NCBI GenBank assembly: GCA_013115145.1
Contig: JAAPAO010000137.1
Coordinates: 1,942 to 65,941, forward strand
Direction: 5' to 3'
Source: Perkinsus chesapeaki ATCC PRA-425
Lineage: Eukaryota; Protista; Perkinsozoa
DNA: 64,000 bases
Made by a program: the position numbers and the translations under genes. Below, one piece after another: positions 1-13,100 of the stretch. Under the pieces are notes generated by a model. It was not told where the DNA came from. It did not search any database and was given only the letters and a program-made list of their open reading frames with translations. The stretch's first letter is position 1; each line of letters begins with the position of its first letter.

Positions 1-2814
1 CAAGATCGCCTATTGGCGTGTAAATGTATAACAGAATATTGACCCCCCTGGGGTTCGAACTTGTTCCTAGATAGCTTCTGTTCTTGCAGATACTTCAGAA
101 AATGCGACCAGAGATAACTACTGGTTGTACAGTCCGTCGAGAAATGGCGCTTCAAAACCTTGCCCGGAGCGACGAGGGAGAAGGCGGGCTTTATGAACGT
201 TTGTGTAAGTCTAAGGGTCATTTCAACGGTCGAACAGTAGCACTTGTACAATGAAGAAAAATACGCGGTGCGGCAATGCGAAGAGCCAAATGCATCGCAC
301 AGCCATCAGCTACTACTAAGATGATTCGTTGCCATTGGCGTTTTAGATTGCTATTTGAATCCGATATTAAAAGGCTTTGATGGCCTGTGGTTTTATCATT
401 TGCCTTGTTTCCGGTCGCAAACTCCCCGCCCAATAGTCTCACCTTGTCAGACGAGGCAGATGGCATCACCCGGCTGATGGACTCACTTTTCCATCTAATT
501 TCGAAAGACAATCGTATCAAAGATTTCTTTCCACCAGACAGCATTCAGCTAATAAAAGAAGCTAAGCTAGTGTAAGCCCGGCAACGGTATTGTGAGATAA
601 CGCAGTGCTTCTTTAGTTTCTTCATTGAACTTTTCGGTGGCCCTCCCGAGTATGAAGGACGTGATCTGACAGGTAGGCCGTGGTACGCCGGTCTGATCCA
701 TCGAGACTCGCACAATATAGACTACAGTATATTGTGAGTCACTAACCATATCATACAGTCAGTGACTCTGGCTTATAGCTGGCAATTGTAAGCTCAAATA
801 TACACCCAACTCAGTTGGGCCAACTGTCAGCCGCCCTCAATTCCTCATAGCACTAGCACACATGTCACCGAATTCCAGCGGCAAGTTTGTACGTCACTCA
901 CTTCACAACTACTAAGAACCAGCGAGAGCATCCAATTTTGGGTGGTTTCAACTGACTAACAAACAATCAATTTCAGAAATACACGAGCCACTGGAGATCA
1001 CAGATTATCATTTCGATGCATTCATGTCGAACATGTCTCGAGCCCTGCTCTCTCAAGGCCATCCGGACAGTCTAGTGGACGAAGTCGTTATCACATTGGA
1101 CTCAGTATGGGAGTTCTGCGGCGGCGCTAAGTGGGGCATTTCTCGTCCTAGGTCCGTAACGCAGTTCTAGATCGACAATCAGAATTAGTGATAGAGCCAC
1201 GCGATGGCCTCAACCTCCTCGAGCGTATCGGTGGTGATAGCAACCTGGAAGCCGTGGTTGAAGGAATGTATCAGTATTTCGTGAATGATAGTCGAATAAA
1301 GTAAGTTACCCGATACAGGATTCGAACCTACGACCATCTGCTCCGTAGGCAGACATTCAATCCAGCTGAACTAATCGGGCCATAATTATGCTCTAGGTTC
1401 CACTTCGAGAAGAACAAATCCAAGGAAAGATCCATCACGACCAAACTATATCAGTTCCTTTCCGGGGCCTTCGGAGGACTCGTTCAGTAGACCAGAGTCA
1501 CCCTACCACGAGTTCTCACCATTTCTCAGATACGAACAAGAGAACTTGAAGCCTGCTCATTACAAAATGAATATCTCTGATTACCATTTTGATGCTGTCC
1601 TCGAATGCTTTGTAAAAAGTGCACAGGAGTTAGAGGAGATAGACGAGGATGTGAGACACCACGCGTGCTTTATAAGGTTCATTCCGTCGCGACTTCTGTC
1701 AGTCAGTAAAGCTACCACATTATTTCATGTAAATCACCCTGTCGCCGACTCCGGACATGATCTTTTGTAGCCTCGGTAGCTCAGTCGGTAGAGCGCGTGC
1801 CTTTTAAGCCCGTGGTCGTGGGTTCGAGCCCCGCCCGAGGTGCTCTTTATATCTCTTTGCCCCCATATGTTTGCTCGTTTCATCTCTGATATGATCGAAG
1901 GGAAAATTTCGGTCCAACACGCCCCACTTTTTCCGACATTCAGGTGATTCCCGACGCTCTACGGATCCTCAACTCAGTGCGGTCGGAAATCATAACAGGT
2001 AGCTTGCCCTCAACCATTCAGAAGGATGAACAACCCTCTCAGGCTCGCGAGTTCGGATGGACGCTGCGGAGCGGAAAAACAATGAAGATGGTGTTGATGA
2101 GCTGTTTAAGAAGCTCGGAAAAGTTGACGGAGTCGTGAACTTCGTGGACCACTTGTAAGTCGTTTTTTACGAAATCACAAGTTATTGCTTGAAGTATCTT
2201 CGGAACAAAATAAGGTATCCTGTAACCACAATAGGGCCCCTTACCATTACACACCGAATACAATGAAGAAGGATGAACTGAACCAGACGACTACCAATTT
2301 AATAGACACTTATTCTAATAACCTTCAGGATCGCCATCGCTTAACTGCCTATCGTACACAACCCTGCCGATACATAACACCAGAATACCGTTTCGATTCT
2401 GTGGCAGATACGAGTGTGTTGATCGTGACAAGCGAATACACATGTTTTTCGAAGGAGCGAAAGTCCAAGCCATCAAGAAGGCTCAAACACAATACTTTAT
2501 CGGAGTAGGAATCCGCTTTTCCTGACCACGATCATCATCCCTACATTCCAGCTCTTCGGCGGCCCCACGGAATATAAAGGAAGAACTCTGGAGGAAATAC
2601 ACGAAGTCACAGCAATGACCGATTACCATCTCGACTGCTTTTTCCTCAACATTCAAAAGTGCCTCAGGCAAGCTGTTCACGCTTCGGTTTGCTTTTTATG
2701 TGTTATTTTTTCAGAGGGCTCGGATTCGACAACGAAACAGTCGACCAGTTTATAGTAGTTTTAGAAAGGCTTCGTCCACAGATTCTTCATCACCATTACA
2801 AGCGAATGGGGTAG
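1..2814 (+). CDS. Multi-domain group I (2/2) truncated haemoglobin, multi-exon; 5' end lies outside the window
   Basis: Spliced exons give the tail of one domain (..MRPEITTG) plus three trHb domains: LYERL..DNRIKDFF..FIELFGGPPEYEGRDLTEIHEPLEITDYHFDAF; LLERIGG..DSRIKFHF..FLSGAFGG..LKPAHYKMNISDYHFDAVL; LFKKLG..YFIG..GGPTEYKGRTLEEIHEVTAMTDYHLDCF. Stop TAG at 2812-2814. Confidence 0.85.
40..60 (-). pseudogene. Possible 3'-terminal tRNA remnant in an intron
   Basis: Minus strand reads G-TTCGAAC-CCCAG-GGGGGTC-A, which is T-loop / 5-nt T-stem / 7-nt acceptor strand / discriminator geometry. The 5' part is absent. Confidence 0.3.
1307..1380 (-). tRNA. tRNA-Arg(ACG), filling a 96-nt intron (1301-1396) of the globin gene, antisense to host
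   Basis: GCCCGAT..ATCGGGT acceptor stem, anticodon arm TCTGC-CTACGGA-GCAGA, GGTTCGAATCC T-arm. Confidence 0.95.
1770..1842 (+). tRNA. tRNA-Lys(TTT) in globin intron 1651-1943, sense to host
   Basis: GCCTCGG/CCGAGGT acceptor stem, TAGCTCAGTCGGTAGAGC D-arm, loop CTTTTAA, GGTTCGAGCCC T-arm. One T-C mismatch in the anticodon stem. Confidence 0.9.
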
Positions 2815-3602
2815 GTCAATCGAGGCGAGTGTCCTGCAAAGTATAACACGAAATAGTGAGTTGTATCCATCACACAACTTTTTTGGCTTCCCGGTGCGCA
2901 ACCTGCGATTACTGAGTGTGAATGTCAACGTGCGCGGAAAATCCTGTCGATTTTGTACTCCTATTTGGTATGATTGGTATATTGCCGATCAACTTCTTCA
3001 TTACTGTTTTAGCATTGGTTTGGAAAATTTAGTGTAAGGTTTTTAATAGTGTTTTTCTATTATAACTTATCATACGTATCACAACCTTTTAGGATGGACT
3101 AACGTGCACCATGTTCTTCAATCGTTGTGTTATAATTATTTATTATTGCGTTATTATAATGTCAATATATTAACCGCCATTAAGCCATGTGGTAACACCT
3201 TTCTCGTAAGGTGCGTGAATACACTCGACAGGATTATAAACAAATAACCGAAAACGGAATACACCGCAAGCGAAACGAATATTGATAATACGTATTAGTA
3301 CGTATGCAACACATTACGCTGCTGCAAGCATTTATCCGGACTGGTTCGATTCGATAAGAAATCTGGCTGCTTAATTGTATATCGCGGATGCCGCACACTG
3401 AGGTTACACTCTAACAACACAAAACTGTATCATTATGAAACCCCTCATTCGATAGTTGTCCTCCGATAACCTTCACAAAGGATATAAATGTCTTTTTAAG
3501 GAATAGAAAATATACAACAACAACTGCATGATTATGTGACAATGGAAATCACATAAGCTTCCCTTATAACGCCAATCAACAGCAACAGCGGCAGCAGTTT
3601 AC

Positions 3603-5334
3603 TCACTTCTTCGATTCTGAAAACATACGCTTAGCCGAAACCGTCCTCGGAAAATATCTTACCTTCACCCGCGGCTTCAGGAGCAGCGTGCTCTCCAGTA
3701 GCGGCTGGTGGTAGAATTTGATCCTGAATTAACAAAATTATGTCCAATAAAATATTTTGTTGTTCAGTGAAAATGGATCAAGTATTAACCGCCTTTAAAT
3801 CGGCTTAAGTAGATAACCGTAGCTTTGGGTGATTCAATGATAAAAGATGAAAAATGACTCGTATGAAAAACGTTTCAAATTCGACCCGAATCTGGTAAGA
3901 ATGCTGGACTGGTCACGGCGGTGAGTCACAGTAGGGGAGTAAAACTTGAATCAAAGATCTACTAACACTAACCTCGACGTTACAAGGGACCAGTTGCCAT
4001 TGGACTTACCGGCAGCGCGCTAGCAAGAGCGGCAGCATCAGCTGGCTCTGTACTTGGGGTCAACGAGAAGGTATAGCTGCGGGCATTGCGGTAACTGTAG
4101 AGGAAAAGTCGGTATGAAAATAGTAGTGAATTCTGTTTACGTTGAACCATCCTGCATTGAGCCCATGTGCTCTTTGTATTGGACCACAGTAGAGAGATTG
4201 AGACCGAGGATCTCACGGAACTTCTCACATATTCTGAAAAAATATCATCAACAAATCGCTGATGCCGGCGGTGACCTCGCATACACAAGCGGTGGCCTTT
4301 CGATGGTCCCGCGAGGAATAGAAATGTAAGAATACAGCGGATGCGGTTTATACGGAAAATGACATATTATTATGATGATACATTTCTGCAATAGAAAAAT
4401 AAAAACTCACTTTAGTCGGCAGCATCAGAAGTGTAATAAAGTTGTTATTACCTAAACCTGACTTGGGGATTGGTGGCATTACTGTAGTTCCAGATAGATA
4501 TGATATCATCCTTATATCGAGTAGAGAGGACACAGCCAACGACGTCCGGTACTTCGAATAGTTCACCTGGAATAATCAACTAACTCATACGGAGAAGGAT
4601 TAGTCTTAATTATCACCCTTCACAAGCGACTAAGTTCGATGGAGTATCTCCTGCCACAGCAGGTAAACGGGGTTGCGCAACGGTAAAGGAATATAACTTA
4701 TAAAAATATACCGATATAGAATATTGCACTATAATAAAGAATATGGCTTAAAATATGGGGTACTGTTCAACATAATGATACGAATTGAAGGCCCCTATGA
4801 AAATCCTTGAAGGCCCATCTTACCAATGCATGCCATAACAAGGGTCTCCCAAAGTTGGCCAAGATGATTCCTGGCAGTCTTCTTCTTGATTCTGAGAATC
4901 CAACAGCCTCCATCGGGGAACTCCTCCCACATCGGCTTGTATCCCCTAAAATTCAAAGTAATTGGCGGAGAGAGCGGTATGAGGTTACTTTCGGAATAGA
5001 TGGACATTGACATTTGGTGGTAGCTCATTAGGACGAACACAGTATCTGAAGAGAAATATCTTAGGTTAAAGCGTGCAGGATACGCAGGAGCTTACGCATA
5101 ATGTCTATAGAAGCCCTCAACGGTATTGAAAGTACCGGCCTGTTTCAAACCCTCAACATAAGCATCAGACTCACGACGATCTCCCGACTTGCGGTCGAAC
5201 CTAAAACATATCTTTTTGAGCTACGAAAGTCATGCTTCAACCTACCAGAAAGTCCAGGCGGTCTCGAGAGGATGCTCGTTTGAAGGATATTCTCCTTCCT
5301 TAACTCTGGCTTCTTCGGGATGTAAAGCGTCCAT
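3603..5334 (-). CDS. eIF4E: Eukaryotic translation initiation factor 4E family protein (multi-exon)
   Basis: HPLETAWTFWFDRK..DAYVEGLKQAGTFNTVEGFYRHY..HLFRKGYKPMWEEFPDGGCWILR..LWETLVMACIG..VVGCVLSTRYKDDIISIWN. The last two small exons are less certain. Confidence 0.9.
5057..5083 (-). other. Dispersed stem-loop element, copy A (eIF4E intron 5046-5095)
   Basis: Minus strand reads GTATCCTGCACGCTTTAACCTAAGATA. Confidence 0.8.
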
Positions 5335-5355
5335 TATAAATAAAAGAACTTCGAT

Positions 5356-5411
5356 GCGACACAAAAACTGTCCCCCGCCAGACGCGACACAAAAACTGTC
5401 CCCCGCCAGAC
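5356..5411. repeat. Perfect 28-bp tandem duplication just upstream of the eIF4E start
   Basis: GCGACACAAAAACTGTCCCCCGCCAGAC x2. Confidence 0.95.
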
Positions 5412-5478
5412 GCCAACCAACTCTATCCACCGTTCGATTGAAACGACGGGTGTTTTAACAAAGTCAAATTTGGTATCT

Positions 5479-8224
5479 TTAATGAGCTCCTGGGAATCCA
5501 CCACCGGGCATCGCTCCGCCTACTTTTGACATCAATTTCTGTAGAATTGGACCGACTTCAGGATCGCTCATGTACCTGATATAGAGGGATGAAAAGCGAT
5601 GAGAATAATATGAATAATAGTCATATATTAAGAACCAATAACAACACAAGATAAACAGTAAATTTCATAGCAGTTAAAAAGTTACTTCACACTTAACGTA
5701 GTAGTAAAAGTTTAAAAAAAGAACTACAAGTTTAAAATTAAACGGCAAAATGGAGAAATCCTGGATCAATGGAAATTGCTTTAGCACACGTTACTGAGAA
5801 ATAGCACTATAATTCATCCGTGCATGCTCCTCTGTTTAAACCAGAAGAGAAAGCTTGGGATCATTCTCGCAAAATTTCAGACCAATTTTGCAGAATATAT
5901 TTTCTCCCAGGAAAATAAGGGTAATCTTGCGGGACCCTTTTCTTCATGAGGTATGGGTAATTCAAGCTTCAGAAGCCCAACACATATCTCAAGACGTCCC
6001 AAAAACGAACACGTACAAAAAATCCACTTCAAAAACTATATGACACAACCCTCCAGAAGACTAGGCCCTTGTCTGCGCCGAAAATTTACGAAAAATTTCG
6101 TATTTTTTCTGTCGTTTCCAAACTTACTTCATAGCGTTTGCAGGATTTTGCATCATCTCCTGCATGGCCGCCATTACCTTCGGATTGCTGAATGCTGCTT
6201 GGAGATCTGGATCACTCATATGGGGCATGCCTCCTGAAGGGATCGAAATGACCAATGGGAAATAACGAGGCGCGTGAAGTGTAAATGAGAGAGGGGATAT
6301 AAAGTGATAAAGACCTGCAGCTGTGATGATATGAACAACAATTTCGATCTCATATACATAACTATTAGGACACCACAAGAGAGGTGCTAGTAACCAGCAG
6401 GTAGATAAGGATAACCCCGGATTTAACCTAAGGTAGATAAGGATAGTTACCAAGAGTCCTGGTATTATTCACATATATGCTGTATTTATATTAGGATATC
6501 GAGGACAAAGGGTTAAGTTGTTAAGTGAAGAAAAGCTACACAATTGATGTTATTAGTAAGTTTATATTTACAGAAATAGTGCATACCACGAATTTGTTAA
6601 TATAAAATATTTAGTGTCAATAAGTGACTACTACTACTGTTCATCTTTCTCCAAGTAATAGCCCCATAACCCCCACACATCGATACCCACCTGGCATTCC
6701 TCCTGGGAAGCCGCCCGGCATAGAGGAGCTAGATGACTGGGGATGATGCTCTTCGTCGGCCTCCTTTTGAGCTTCATAAGCCTTTTGGGCGGCTGCTCTG
6801 AAAAAAGACGACTTCATTCACTGGCTGGAGGCTCGCAAAACTGGGATAAAAACCGAAAATTTTACAGAAAAAACCGAAAAATTTCTGAAAATTTCTTCCA
6901 CAAGGATTTACCGGCGCTTTTTAATCTCCCTCTCCTTTCTCAGCTTGTTATTCTCATCAAGCTGGTTCTGATACTCCCGTCGCATTTGCGATATCTTATC
7001 CCACTTCTCGTCCACGTATCTGATCAAAAATATCTTACTTTCCACAAAAATATTCTCGAACTCACTTGTGAACCTCCTCAGTGGCTTCGTCAAAATCGAT
7101 GTTCTGAGCAGCGGCGAGATCAGAGTGAGCTTGCTCCCATCTGAAAGAAAGATTCTTTCGAGGTCAACTTTCAGCCTCCCCTACCTCTGCAGCTTCCTGT
7201 TTGCGATTCCCCGAATTCTGTAAGCTCGACCACTATCAGGGTTAAGCTTCCTAAAGATACGCAAGTGCGCACTACAAAGATTTTTACCCTACTTACAGTG
7301 CAGCGTCGGCATCACTAATAGCAGCAAGTGGCCTCTTCAATTTGAGAAGTACTGTGGCTCTTCGAGCGAACAACAATGCGGTAGCGCCGCCCATATCAAT
7401 GGCTTCTGAGTATCTAATAAAAATGGAAAAATGATATCGTGGGAAAAACCCGAATGAGACCATTAAGAAAGAAATAAAGATATTTTTACTTGTCGAGTGC
7501 CTTGTGGAGATCACCATCTTCAAGCGCTTCAGTGGCCTCCTGCTTTAGGCCATTTTGCTTGTCCATTTCATCATCACGCAGCTCCTAAAGACAATCGGAT
7601 ATACCCGAAACTCCTTAAGGGATTGCTGGCGGGTGGAATGCGATATCATGCCATAAAACTCGAATGAGAGCTCTTGAAAGTGTACTGAACAAGACGACTG
7701 CTGCTCACCACCTTGTCCTCGGGCCCAGTAGAAGGAACAGCCTCAGATTCTGGCTCCAGCTTTTCAGGGTCGGAAGGATCATTGAAGATCGATTCATCGG
7801 GCTTCGGGGGGTCCTGGAATGACAATGGTCAATTTGCACGCATCTACATATGTTACCACAATAGGCTCCTCTTCTTCCTCTTGAGGAGTTTCCTTGGGGG
7901 AAGACTCTCCATGGGTTTCATGAGTACGAGGCATCTAAAGGATATCTTAAGTTGAAGCGTGCAAGATACTCAAAAGGTCAGTAGACCGCTCATATCCCTA
8001 CCCGTTGCTCCTCTTCTTCTTCCTCTGCAGATGAAGTATCCTCTGTCTTTGGTGGTAGCGTTGCTCCGAGGCTCTCTAAGTAAGACCTGCGAACTTATTC
8101 CATCTCACTCGGACATTTTTCGCTTTTACTTGAAAAATCCGAGCTCCGGGCGATACAGCATCTCGGGGTTCGCCTTAACGGTGTCGATGAACCCTTTAAG
8201 TTGATTAATTTTAGTTGTATCCAT
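5479..8224 (-). CDS. ST13: Hsc70-interacting protein (Hip/ST13-like), multi-exon
   Basis: N-terminal MDTTKINQLKGFIDTVKANPEMLYRPELGFFKSYLESLG; TPR LLFARRATVLLKLKRPLAAISDADAAL..DLAAAQNIDFDE; GGFPGGMP; STI1 domain SDPDLQAAFSNPKVMAAMQEMMQNPANAMKYMSDPEV. Confidence 0.9.
7943..7969 (-). other. Dispersed stem-loop element, copy B (Hip intron 7935-8001)
   Basis: Minus strand reads GTATCTTGCACGCTTCAACTTAAGATA. Confidence 0.8.
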
Positions 8225-10179
8225 TCTTATAAAAACAAACCAACTGAGCTATAAGGAATCTTCTAGGTCTATGTAGTGCAAGCTTCAACCTTGGATACCA
8301 TATGCTTTCACCACCGGCGCTCTGAACCCTCTGTAGTAGAGGTCTAGAAATAAAAGGTAACGCGATGAAGGAACACTATCTTCCCTCCTTTTACTCTACA
8401 ACGAGTTGCCCACTTCACGCTAAAACGAATATGCGTAATTTCTGATGGAAGTTCCGCAAAACCGTTCACTACAGAGAGACCCTGTACAATTAAGCATAGT
8501 CTACTCAAATAAAGTTGCAAAAGCCAATGAAAATCACAAAAAATACGACACAAGGTTTGTACAGGTTAACGCTTAGCCGAGTTCGACGGTTATTGGTGGG
8601 TAAAACCGCTCATGAGGTATTCCTAAAACGGAATAATTTCCCCGCTTGTATAATCAGCGCACTTGCTTTACAGTATTTCAGACATGCTACTGGTTCTACT
8701 ATTTACGATCGAGGTACTCTTCTTGAGCTCTGTTAGCTTACAAAGATATCTCAGGCGTATCGAGGAGATCTTACGGAGGCCCCGTATGATAAGATTTGTG
8801 GTAGAGAGTCTATGAAAGTAAGATTCTTGGGAGGTTGATATGTCCCTAAAGCATTATGTGGGGCATTCGAGTTACGTAATCTCTTTATACAATCTACATT
8901 ACTTTATTGCGTTGAAATTGGGGCAAGCGTTATTCAGCGCTTGAAGCAACCGACATCTCATCAAAAAATAGTCCGATACTATCTCTGACTTAAGCTCGAG
9001 GGTCTATGGTGAACATAAGTCAGCAATGGGCATTGCTTTATCAGGTAGATTGGCAATTCCTCGACTTATCTGTCTCTGCCCACGTTGATGGTTCATCATG
9101 TTGTACGGTTAACATTAATGATTCTCCTACTACTGCAGAGGGATGCTGCGGAAGATGTCTCAAATCTGAAGGTGAGCAATAGTTGCTCGGTTGTCGAAAA
9201 CTCTATTTTTATTCATTATATAAAACTGCGTTCTGTGGGTAACTTACGTCGTGTAACTCAGTGGTCGGGTTACTAATAGTTATTAACTGAAGCTGATGTC
9301 TTCGGTAGTGGACCCTCAAATGGTCCTCCATCAAGCAGGTTCGGGTTGATGGCGGAAGGTGCAAAAATAACGGAGATTTTCTGGGAATTTTTCCTGCTCG
9401 TCACCGTACGTGTGGTGGCGCATGATTAACGTGATTCTGCACTATATAGCTCACAACAAATGTGCGGTGGACTGGCCGACTCCGAATCAACGCCCCGCAT
9501 AATATTGAAATGATTTGCGACTCGTGGGTGAAGTTTCAGCCACGATTTGAGACAGTTTGAGGTGAGCCTCCGAGAACTTCATCTACTGCTGAAACTACAG
9601 CATTCGTGGATCAGCGAGCTTGATGAAATTGAGCACAGCTTCAGCACCATTCGGAGCTCCTAAACCACTGCCAGACGTGAATACTTTACATTTGATTTTT
9701 GCACAATATTGCAGTAATGCTCGTCTGACGGATGATGATGTTTCCGTAAGCGAATGAGTCGATGACTTGCTTAATCATAGGCGGACATGGGCACGCATGA
9801 GACTATCACAATATAAGTTTTACTTCGAAGTTAAAATAGGTTCAAATTTACGACAAAAACTGTTTGTCATAGCAACACCGTCATCGAGATGCGGTTTCAG
9901 ATTGCAACGGGTGGGTATGGCAGCCATCAAAGGGGTCATGCTGGATTGTAAGGGGATCGGGGAAAGTATGGTATGGATATAATGCAACTACAGAAGATAC
10001 TGGAGTAGTTATGGTCCCAACACCAGACAGAATCGCAGGTAGGGGAAGAGAGATTCTTGCGCGCCAAGAAATCTTGGCCATTTACCAGTGATTTTTTCGT
10101 ATCTTTCGATCTAGTCAGATGCATGCAGCAAGCTTTGATTCCTTCGTCAGGATTCGCCACGGCAACTTCGATGCCGGTA

Positions 10180-13100
10180 TTACTGGAAGGAGTATCCATA
10201 ATTGATGTTCTTAATTACCAGCAGCCAAACGGTCTTGGTGTAATCGATTACGTGATCGATTTGCTACCAAAAGCTATTGTCAGGTGATTCTCGGAGTTGG
10301 CAGAGGCGAATTTGTGATGAAACTGTTGAGTGATTGGGCGAACACAGCAGGTAGGGGGAGGGGGGTAATAGTCAAGGAGATAGACCTGCATTATATAAAT
10401 GGTGTAATAGTCAAGGAGATAGACCTGCATTATATAAATGGTGTAATAGTCAAGGAGATAGACCTGCATTATATAAATGGGGTAATAGTCAAGGAGATAG
10501 ACCTGCATTATATAAATGGTGTAATAGTCAAGGAGATAGACCTGCATTATATAAATNNNNNNNNNNNNNNNNNNNNNNNNNNNNNNNNNNNNNNNNNNNN
10601 NNNNNNNNNNNNNNNNNNNNNNNNNNNNNNNNNNNNNNNNNNNNNNNNNNNNNNTAGTCAAGGAGATAGACCTGCATTATATAAATGGTGTAATAGTCAA
10701 GGAGATAGACCTGCATTATATAAATGGTGTAATAGTCAAGGAGATAGACCTGCATTATATAAATGGGCTCGTACCTTGGATCAGATACAGTGAGTGTCTC
10801 ATCGCTTAAATTTCTACCACGTTTTCACCGTGCATTCATCATGAATAGTGAAAGTTCCAGCAGGATTGATCCGTAAACACTCTACTTGAGCGGTTCAAGC
10901 AACTTAGGGCAAACCGTTTCGAGTGGGTTGATGATGATGTTATACATTAAATTAAGCACTACTTGACTGCTGTGAAGTTACTACAGCAACATGGGATCGA
11001 TGTTATATAATACAACATGGTTCTTTTCAAGTGAGTCTGAAAATAACAGTAGCTACTTTAATGGTAGCTACTAAACTAACGAAGTAGGTAGGTCTAGCAA
11101 GCGACCAAGTACTTAATGAACCTAGTTAACGCACGTATTCGGCCAGCTGGCGAGGGCCAGACGAATCGTCGGGCGGTGCAGTATATTGCAGAAACCTGAA
11201 AGTTCCAGCGGCAGCTGCTCGCACGCTACTACTGAGTTGCTGGCTTCACCTCGACCATGTTTAACGTTTGGATCCCTGAATATCCTAACATAACCTCCTT
11301 CGCCCCAGACAGTTCCCCAACTATTTCTAAGCTTCCAGTAACTAATGTAGCATAGAAGCAAGAAATACAGTTATCCAACTAGAGCTTATTCCACATGGCT
11401 GCTCACCTCACGCCGTTTTCCGTCCCATATCCAACCAAGAGCATAGTGTGATTTGGATTCCCATCACATTTGAAACCTACAACGCTTAGTCGACGATGAC
11501 TGTGAGGATGTTCCTGCTGCTTCTCACCTTGCAGAATGCCACCGCCGTACGATTGCCATTCATCTGGCTCAACATTGATATCTACAGATATTGGACCCAC
11601 TTGCAGTTGGGCAAAAAGTACATCAAGCTGAGATTGCCGTATTACAACGGAATGCCTCTCATCTATGCAGTCTTTCTGCCATAGTTTCGCATAATGAAGA
11701 TAACTCAGCTGTACGGCATACCTTCAAGCACTGCTTAGTCACGACGGTTATGACCGCCTTGCATTTTCCTTCTACTTCGGTGTAGGGGTACAGTTGGTCG
11801 GGAACGATCCCCTTATTTTGTACGTAGTCAAAGACGCCAAAAATCCAGCCACCGTTACATCCCCTGAGAGTCATTAGTGCGGCGGAGACAACCGCCCAGT
11901 GTTGGCATGCAGAAACTCACTCGGTTCTGTATGCTCGGCCGCAATCGATGACCTGCTGCACCGAGAATTGCGCTAAGGTCCCAGTCTGGATTTTAAAGGC
12001 TCCCTCTAGTGCACCTGAGTAGTAACGTTGTAAGGCAGACATTTGATAATGTTACTCTTCTGAAAGGGGAGATTATTACCTAAAGCTGATAGTGCGTAGC
12101 AGCTAACACAGTTCCCTTGGTGAATAGGTGGGTTAACTGCTCCCTCTGCAACCCAGTCAAGGGATGCCGGAGCTTTCAGATGCCTCGGTCCTGGGATTGT
12201 TTGCGACGTGATTTGTCTGTCTTCGGTCGGGTAAGCTGGCGCTCATTTCACTGCCATGAGAATCTCAACGTGATAAGATTCTGTCACCCGAGGGGTCGGA
12301 ATCGGGCGGACTGCATGTGTTGACGGTCATGAACTCGTCCTTGGTCATGGCAGTGAACTCGTTCACTGCTAGCCAATAGGTGAGATCTGGAATCATAATA
12401 ATGATAATGATTAGGATGATAGTTTAACTAACGGTGCTATCTAAGCACGATTAACCTAATTAGGTTACAGCTTTATCTTCCGCATTCATTCCACATTGTC
12501 TTCATCCGAAACTGTTTATATCATTTCTGAGGCCTACTTTTCTTGTTAGTTTCCTCAATGAATGCCAAGTTCCTCTTGAACTCGCTAAACTTCCGTTCGT
12601 CCTCCTTAAGGTTCAAGGACCGTACCGAGTACCTACAGTCGGAAAGGCTCAAGTATGGGCTAATTCGTCATGGTTTCACCTATCCTTAAACTCTGCATAC
12701 TTGTGACGAATAGGCAGGAGCGAAGCAGCCTCTTCCATACCTACAGTCCCACTTGCGGTAAATGAGGATAGAGCTACAATGAATACTAGTTTGGTTGCGG
12801 TCATCGAAGTCAACTGCGGAGTGCCCGAAACCTACAAGAGCTCAGACCATTGCTCCCGCCGATAGTCACCCTTGGACTTGCTTTCCGACTTGTTCTCATA
12901 CACCCTCGAAGCTAGTTTAGCTTTCTGAACCTCTTCCCGGCCTTTTTTCACCGCACGCAGTGCACGTCGTGTTCTCGCTCCAGGCTGAACGGCTTCCTTC
13001 ACGAATATGCGAAACCGACGATCCTTCCTCTTCACTTAGTCGTGTCGCTCTAAGCGACTCCCCCATCACTCCTTCAAGACGGTTTGGAGGTTAAGTTATT

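Noticed and set aside
40-60. Possible LTR primer-binding site
   Set aside because: It lacks the TGG complementary to CCA and there is no adjacent LTR.
567-749. Minus-strand ORF suggesting an insertion in the globin gene
   Set aside because: It is the antisense shadow of the globin exon FFIELFGGPPEYEGRDLT.
10248-10793. Repetitive ORFs in the track (MQVYLLDYY.., [11 protein letters not shown]..)
   Set aside because: They arise because the 39-bp unit is a multiple of 3, they span an N-gap, and they lie in an intron. The array is also not CRISPR, since there are no unique spacers.
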